NCBI GenBank assembly: GCA_017513085.1
Contig: JAFWDK010000014.1
Location: 1 to 11,394, forward strand
Length of the DNA: 11,394 nucleotides
Direction: 5' to 3'
Source: Clostridiales bacterium
Lineage (GTDB): Bacteria > Bacillota > Clostridia > Saccharofermentanales > Saccharofermentanaceae
Under the pieces are notes generated by a model. It was not told where the DNA came from, did no database searches, and saw only the letters and a list, made by a program, of their open reading frames with translations. The translations under genes were made by a program, and so were the position numbers. This document shows positions 6,849 through 11,394 of the stretch, in pieces (positions within the stretch are counted from its first letter, which is position 1; each line of letters starts with the position of its first letter).

Positions 6849-8336
6849 ATGAGTAATCTATCAAGTTTTGTAAAAAGAATCAGAGACATCATGAGAAATG
6901 ATGCCGGTATCAACGGTGATGCGCAGAGGATCGAACAGATCGCCTGGATGCTGTTCCTGAAGGTTTACGATGCCAAAGAGCAAGACTGGGAGTTCAGTGA
7001 AGAAAACTATGTTTCTATCATTCCTGAGAACTGCAGATGGTCCAGCTGGGCAGTCGATGACCATTCCGGCAAAGCAATGACCGGTGATATGCTCCTGAAC
7101 TTTGTGAACAATACACTGTTCCCTACGTTAAAAAGCATTGAGGTCACACCTGAAACACCGATAAAGAAATCCATCGTCAGAACCACTTTTGAAGATGCCA
7201 ACCAGTATATGAAGGACGGTGTTCTACTCCGCCAGGTAATCAATGTCATTGATGAACTGGATCTTGGCGATTATGAAGAAAGCCATGCGTTCGGCGAAAT
7301 CTATGAATCTATTCTCCGTGAGTTGCAGAGCGCAGGATCTTCCGGCGAATTCTATACACCACGTGCAGTGACGGATTTCATGGCAAAAATGATCAATCCC
7401 CAGATTGGAGAGCAGGTCGCTGATTTTGCCTGCGGTACAGGTGGCTTCCTGACCAGCTGGCTGAAGGAATTACAGCCCAAAGCACAAACCGCAGATGATC
7501 AGGCAAAGGTAAACAATTCAATTTACGGTATTGAAAAGAAGCAGTTCCCGTATATGCTATGTATCACCAACATGCTGCTCCACAATATCGATATTCCTAA
7601 GATTTACCACGATAACTCTCTTATTAGAGATGTTTTGGACTACACAGAGGACGATCAGTTCGATGTTATTCTGATGAATCCTCCTTATGGCGGATCAGAG
7701 AAAACGGAAGTAAAGAACCACTTTCCGGCTGATTTAGCAAGCAGCGAGACTGCTGATCTGTTCATGTCTGTTATCATGTATCGACTGAAAGAAAACGGCA
7801 GAGCAGCTGTTATCCTCCCGGATGGCTTCCTGTTCGGAACAGATAATGCAAAAGTGGCTATCAAAAAGAAGCTGTTGTCAGAATTCAATCTGCATACAGT
7901 GATCCGTATGCCTCATAGTGTTTTTTCACCATATACCAGTATTACAACGAATATTCTACTCTTCGATAGAACTCATCCGACTGAAGAAACATGGTTCTAC
8001 CGCTTGGATATGCCGGAAGGATACAAGAATTTCTCAAAGACAAAACCGATGAAGCTTGAACATTTCGCTCCGGCAATAGAATGGTGGAACCACAGAGAAG
8101 AAATCACCATTGATGGTTTTGATAAGGCGAAAAAGTATACTGCTGAAGAGTTGGCATCTAGGACATACAATATCGATCTCTGCGGTTATCCTCACGAAGA
8201 AGAAGAAATCCTTCCGCCAAAAGAACTGATACAGCAATATCAGGAGAAGAGAGCAAGCCTGAATGCCGACATTGACCGTATCCTTGCTCAAATCACTGAA
8301 ATCCTCGGAATCGATCTTACGGGAGATGAAGAATAA
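6849..8336 (+). CDS. hsdM: Type I R-M N6-adenine DNA methyltransferase subunit
   Basis: GEFYTPR; SAM-binding motif I DFACGTGGFL; catalytic motif IV NPPY. Starts 1 nt after the hsdR stop. Confidence 0.97.
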   Translation: MSNLSSFVKRIRDIMRNDAGINGDAQRIEQIAWMLFLKVYDAKEQDWEFSEENYVSIIPENCRWSSWAVDDHSGKAMTGDMLLNFVNNTLFPTLKSIEVTPETPIKKSIVRTTFEDANQYMKDGVLLRQVINVIDELDLGDYEESHAFGEIYESILRELQSAGSSGEFYTPRAVTDFMAKMINPQIGEQVADFACGTGGFLTSWLKELQPKAQTADDQAKVNNSIYGIEKKQFPYMLCITNMLLHNIDIPKIYHDNSLIRDVLDYTEDDQFDVILMNPPYGGSEKTEVKNHFPADLASSETADLFMSVIMYRLKENGRAAVILPDGFLFGTDNAKVAIKKKLLSEFNLHTVIRMPHSVFSPYTSITTNILLFDRTHPTEETWFYRLDMPEGYKNFSKTKPMKLEHFAPAIEWWNHREEITIDGFDKAKKYTAEELASRTYNIDLCGYPHEEEEILPPKELIQQYQEKRASLNADIDRILAQITEILGIDLTGDEE

Positions 8337-9907
8337 TGAACGCACAGCAGCTGAAAAACTCAATATTGCAAATGGCTGTTCAAGGCAAACTTGTCCCACA
8401 AGATCCGAACGACGAACCAGCGTCCGTTCTTCTGGAAAGAATCCGCAAGGAGAAAGAACAGCTTATAAAAGAAGGCAAGATTAAGAAGGAAAAGAACCCG
8501 TCTTATATCTTTCGTGGTGCCGATAATACTCCTTATGAGAAAATCGGCAATGCAGAACCAGTAAGCATTACTGATGAAATACCGTTTGACATTCCTGATT
8601 CATGGGAGTGGACTCGCTTAAATAATATTTGTAATGTAGTATCTGCGAGAAGAGTTCACCAATCAGATTGGAAGACGGAAGGAGTTCCATTTTACCGTGC
8701 AAGAGAGATTGGAAAACTTGCAGAATATGGTTCTGTTGACAATGAGTTATTCATATCCGAGGAACTATATACAGAGTTTTCACGGAGCGGGGTTCCTAAA
8801 CCTGGTGATCTTATGGTAACGGCAGTCGGTACTCTAGGAAAAACATACATTGTAAAAGAGAATGACCGTTTCTATTACAAAGATGCCAGTGTACTATGTT
8901 TCGAGAACATTGGTGAAATGTTGCCAGAATTTTTGAAAATGGTGATGCAGTCTCCTTTCCTAAAAAACCAGATCAAAACAAGTTCAGCTGGTACTACTGT
9001 TGGAACGATTACTATAGTGAATGCTAGTTCCTTTCTTATCCCAGTACCTCCGTTCCAGGAACAAAATCGAATTATAAGAAAACTAGAAGCAATTTCACCA
9101 TACTTGTTGAAATATGAAAATGCAGAAGAACGGATCGATTCACTAAACAACGGTTTCCCTGAACAACTTAAGAAATCTATTTTACAGTTGGCTGTCCAGG
9201 GGAAACTTGTCCCACAGGATCCGTCCGATGAACCAGCAAGTATTCTTCTGGAACGCATACGAGCTGAGAAGGAGAGACTAATAAAGGATGGAAAGATTAA
9301 GCGAGACAAGAACGAATCCATCATTTTCAGAAGGGATAATTCTCATTATGAGAAGTTGAACAAAGTCGAACACTGTATCGACGAAGAAATACCGTTTGAG
9401 ATACCAGATTCTTGGTGTTGGGCAAGACTCGGAACTATATCCACATATGCATCAACTAAGTCAAAGATCAATGCATCTAAAGCAGACAAATCAATTTGGG
9501 GATTGGATCTTGAGGATATTGAAAAAGGCGGTAGACTGCTAGTTAAGAAAACGGTTGGAGAAAGAAAAGCAATCGGGGATAAAACTTGTTTTTCAAAAGG
9601 AGATATCCTCTATAGTAAACTTAGGCCATATTTGCTGAAGGTTCTAATTGCCGATGATGATGGTATCTGCACTCCAGAGATTGTTCCATTTTCAATATAT
9701 GGATCCATCGTGCCAAAATACATTGTGAATTATTTGAAATCACCATATGTTGATTCAACAATAAATGCTGTTACATATGGGATTAAAATGCCTAGAGCAG
9801 GAACAGAAACCATGACGAGTTTGCTTGTACCGATACCTCCAGTCAATGAGCAGTACAGAATTGTCCAAGCGATTGAAGACATATTTCCATATTGTGACAA
9901 GTTATAA
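8336..9907 (+). CDS. hsdS: Type I R-M specificity subunit (expressed allele; two TRDs)
   Basis: Two copies of the conserved block LKxSILQxAVQGKLVPQDPxDEPASxLLERIR...IPFxIPDSWxWxRL, each followed by a variable TRD ending P[VI]PPxxEQxRI. TAATG stop/start overlap with hsdM. Confidence 0.96.
   Translation: MNAQQLKNSILQMAVQGKLVPQDPNDEPASVLLERIRKEKEQLIKEGKIKKEKNPSYIFRGADNTPYEKIGNAEPVSITDEIPFDIPDSWEWTRLNNICNVVSARRVHQSDWKTEGVPFYRAREIGKLAEYGSVDNELFISEELYTEFSRSGVPKPGDLMVTAVGTLGKTYIVKENDRFYYKDASVLCFENIGEMLPEFLKMVMQSPFLKNQIKTSSAGTTVGTITIVNASSFLIPVPPFQEQNRIIRKLEAISPYLLKYENAEERIDSLNNGFPEQLKKSILQLAVQGKLVPQDPSDEPASILLERIRAEKERLIKDGKIKRDKNESIIFRRDNSHYEKLNKVEHCIDEEIPFEIPDSWCWARLGTISTYASTKSKINASKADKSIWGLDLEDIEKGGRLLVKKTVGERKAIGDKTCFSKGDILYSKLRPYLLKVLIADDDGICTPEIVPFSIYGSIVPKYIVNYLKSPYVDSTINAVTYGIKMPRAGTETMTSLLVPIPPVNEQYRIVQAIEDIFPYCDKL
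8522..8541 (+). repeat. Degenerate copy of the hsdS recombination repeat upstream of TRD1
   Basis: GATAATACTCCTTATGAGAA matches GATAATTCTCATTATGAGAA (9335-9354) at 18/20 positions, in the same reading frame (offset 813 bp). Confidence 0.55.
9340..9360 (+). repeat. Left inverted repeat (putative recombinase crossover site) upstream of TRD2
   Basis: TTCTCATTATGAGAAGTTGAA is the exact reverse complement of 11374-11394. It contains the 7-1-7 palindrome TTCTCAT-T-ATGAGAA and encodes SHYEKL. Confidence 0.9.
9392..9411 (+). repeat. Second inverted-repeat block shared with the silent cassette
   Basis: CCGTTTGAGATACCAGATTC is the exact reverse complement of 11323-11342 (encodes PFEIPDS). Confidence 0.8.
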
Positions 9908-9912
9908 AATTT

Positions 9913-9949
9913 GCGGTATGCACAATCATATGCACACCGCTATTTCTTT
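9913..9949. terminator. Probable bidirectional terminator between convergent hsdS and recombinase
   Basis: GCGGTATGCA-CAATCATA-TGCACACCGC stem (9 of 10 pairs; the mismatch is a G-U pair on the minus transcript). Followed by TATTTCTTT on + and AAATTTT on -. Confidence 0.65.
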
Positions 9950-10751
9950 ACCAGTCAATGATTTTGTCAACGATTTCTCTTTGCTCTGTGGCTGTCTTTC
10001 TAAGATAAATGCGGGTTGTTTCAATGCTCTCATGTCCCATAAGATCAGCCAGGAAAGCAATATCGTTACAGCGGTCCAAAAAGCTTTTGGCAAACCTATG
10101 TCTAAAAGAATGTGGATATACCACAGCAGCGTTGATATCGTATTTTACAGCTAGCTTTTTCAACTGCCCAGATATACCTCGGGTAGTAATTCTTTGACCA
10201 TACTTGTTTAAAAAAATGAAGCCACTGTCTTGCTGTTTATTTTCCAGCCATGACAGGGCTTCTTCTTGTAATGATTTCGGAATGTAAATCCTTCGGAGTT
10301 TTCCTCCTTTGGAGTATAGATCCAAATGACCTAACTTGATATGCTCCACTTTGATTTGTATAAGCTCACTTACACGGGCACCGGTTGCCGCAAGGAATCG
10401 AATCACAAAATACCAAAACATTTCTCCGTCACGTTTGAGACAGTTCTTGAAGTATTCATAATCCGCTTCACTGATTACGTTCTCCAAAAATGCTTTCTGC
10501 TGGACACGGACAAACGGCATTTTCCATTTTTCCTTCCCGATACTTTCAAGATAGCAGTTGATAGCTCTAAGTCTAAGATTTACGGTCTTCGGCTTATAGT
10601 TTTCAATCAACCACACCTTGTATGACCTCAGATTCTTCTGAGTTATTTCACCATACTGATCATTGTATTGTTTTACAGCGAATAGATATGATGAGATTGT
10701 GTTTTCTGAGAGATTCTGATCCCTCAAATGTCTTTCAAATTTCTCTATCAT
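9948..10751 (-). CDS. Tyrosine recombinase/invertase (hsdS shufflon recombinase)
   Basis: 267 aa with an N-terminal core-binding region (LSENTISSY) and a full catalytic set: R (TGARVSEL), K (SKGGK), HxxR (HSFRH), H (LMGH), Y (TTRIY). AAAGGAGGT RBS. Lies between two oppositely oriented TRDs. Confidence 0.95.
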   Translation of the reverse strand: MIEKFERHLRDQNLSENTISSYLFAVKQYNDQYGEITQKNLRSYKVWLIENYKPKTVNLRLRAINCYLESIGKEKWKMPFVRVQQKAFLENVISEADYEYFKNCLKRDGEMFWYFVIRFLAATGARVSELIQIKVEHIKLGHLDLYSKGGKLRRIYIPKSLQEEALSWLENKQQDSGFIFLNKYGQRITTRGISGQLKKLAVKYDINAAVVYPHSFRHRFAKSFLDRCNDIAFLADLMGHESIETTRIYLRKTATEQREIVDKIIDW

Positions 10752-10772
10752 GGTGAAAGACCTCCTTTCACC
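10752..10772 (-). promoter_or_regulatory. Hairpin occluding the recombinase RBS
   Basis: The minus strand reads GGTGAAAG-GAGGT-CTTTCACC-ATG: a perfect 8-bp stem with the Shine-Dalgarno split between the 5' arm and loop, ending at the start codon. A TATAAT lies at 10777-10782 (minus). Confidence 0.6.
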
Positions 10773-10793
10773 GGAAATTATAAGAAAGACGAG

Positions 10794-11394
10794 TCAAAGG
10801 GTTTTGATAATGGGTAGTAGTTCTTCGACTTTTGCAACTATATGGTGCTGTTCCTCTACAGGTGGGATTGGAATCAAACAGTCTGAGATTATTTCAAGTG
10901 TTAAATTCGGGATTGCCGTAATCTTCTTCTGTTTTGTTAGTTTATCTTGCACTTCGGGAGAATTTAACGCATATATCAAATAACGAAGATTTATGTTCAT
11001 GCTATTTACTAAACGCACGATCGCTACTGCTTGGTTTGTGTTTAATGGAAGATCTTCTTTTCTTACTAACCCAGTTCTGCCTAGAGTCCCAGCGATAGTG
11101 ATTAATACATCATTTGCTTGAAGAATAGATCTTTTCAAATACCCATTATGTGTTTCATTATCGATATAATTCATATTGGTTTTATCCAAGTCACATAAAC
11201 CGGAGACGTTTTCGGCTCTCAAAAAACCAACTCCTTTATCTAAATATGAAACATTTCCTCCACGCGGAGTTGTACCTTTTGTAACAGTAGTTGAAATAGT
11301 TTTTATCCTGCACCATTCCCACGAATCTGGTATCTCAAACGGCATTTCATTGTCAATGCAGCGCTCAATTCCATTCAACTTCTCATAATGAGAA
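10794..11394 (-). CDS. hsdS: Silent/partial hsdS cassette carrying an alternative C-terminal TRD (5' end at the window edge)
   Basis: The frame is open from the window edge: SHYEKLNGIERCIDNEMPFEIPDSWEWCRI...TKGTTP...NQAVAIVR...IPIPPVEEQHHIVAKVEELL, stop TGA at 10796-10794. The track's TTG start at 11378 is the Leu inside the repeat and has no visible RBS. Confidence 0.9.
   Translation of the reverse strand, partial: SHYEKLNGIERCIDNEMPFEIPDSWEWCRIKTISTTVTKGTTPRGGNVSYLDKGVGFLRAENVSGLCDLDKTNMNYIDNETHNGYLKRSILQANDVLITIAGTLGRTGLVRKEDLPLNTNQAVAIVRLVNSMNINLRYLIYALNSPEVQDKLTKQKKITAIPNLTLEIISDCLIPIPPVEEQHHIVAKVEELLPIIKTL
11323..11342 (-). repeat. Partner of the second inverted-repeat block (9392-9411)
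   Basis: GAATCTGGTATCTCAAACGG is the exact reverse complement of 9392-9411. Confidence 0.8.
11374..11394 (-). repeat. Right inverted repeat (putative crossover site) at the head of the silent cassette
   Basis: TTCAACTTCTCATAATGAGAA is the exact reverse complement of 9340-9360. It may extend beyond the window. Confidence 0.9.

Larger units (their letters stand above)
3931..11394. mobile_element. Probable horizontally acquired defence island (left boundary approximate, right boundary outside the window)
   Basis: GC drops after 3918 (sampled 60-nt lines: 39/60 at 2101, 25/60 at 4621, 23/60 at 9661). Cargo is an Xre regulator, Type I R-M genes and a recombinase. No att site or dedicated mobility gene identified. 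Confidence 0.5.
9340..11394. other. Invertible segment (hsdS shufflon): TRD2 + terminator + recombinase + inverted spare TRD
   Basis: Bounded by perfect 21-bp inverted repeats that are in frame with both TRDs, and encloses a tyrosine recombinase. Confidence 0.85.

Noticed and set aside
7677-7688. NPPY (not NPPF) motif IV in HsdM as a sign of m4C methylation
   Set aside because: m4C Type I systems have two hsdM genes. Only one is seen here, and NPPY also occurs in m6A Type I enzymes such as EcoR124I.
8374-9261. Long degenerate direct repeat within hsdS (8374-8445 vs 9190-9261)
   Set aside because: This is the ordinary internal duplication of HsdS conserved regions with many synonymous differences, not a separate element.
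10210-10216. A7 run in the recombinase gene (also A7 at 1072-1078) as slipped-strand phase-variation tracts
   Set aside because: The runs are too short and common in AT-rich DNA, and the recombinase frame is intact.
9948-10751. Recombinase as a phage/ICE integrase or chromosomal XerC/XerD
   Set aside because: It is short, lacks an arm-binding domain, has no adjacent att/tRNA or phage genes, and lies between inverted TRD cassettes, which fits a local invertase.

Overview
This AT-shifting window, probably from an anaerobic Bacillota (Firmicutes) genome, has two parts. Left (1-3918, GC-rich, host-like): the 5' part of a FeoA-FeoB fusion ferrous iron transporter on the minus strand, which the ORF track missed because it shows the antisense shadow ORF 9..1028. 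It is divergent from a ~930-aa multi-Fe-S flavoprotein with a GltD/NfnB-type core. Right (~3930-11394, lower GC, island-like): a small Xre/Cro HTH gene, then a Type I restriction-modification operon hsdR-hsdM-hsdS, a convergent tyrosine recombinase, and an inverted, start-less spare hsdS target-recognition-domain (TRD) cassette. A perfect 21-bp inverted repeat with a palindromic core (TTCTCATTATGAGAA; 9340-9360 and 11374-11394) flanks TRD2, the recombinase and the spare TRD. Inversion would swap TRD2 in frame. This is a phase-variable (shufflon-type) Type I R-M locus of the S. pneumoniae SpnD39III/ivr class, so the overall system is a known class rather than new. Less familiar details are a third degenerate site before TRD1, a hairpin occluding the recombinase RBS, orientation-dependent read-through into the recombinase, and an operator-dense promoter before the Xre gene. 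The sequence ends exactly at the repeat, so more cassettes may lie beyond.
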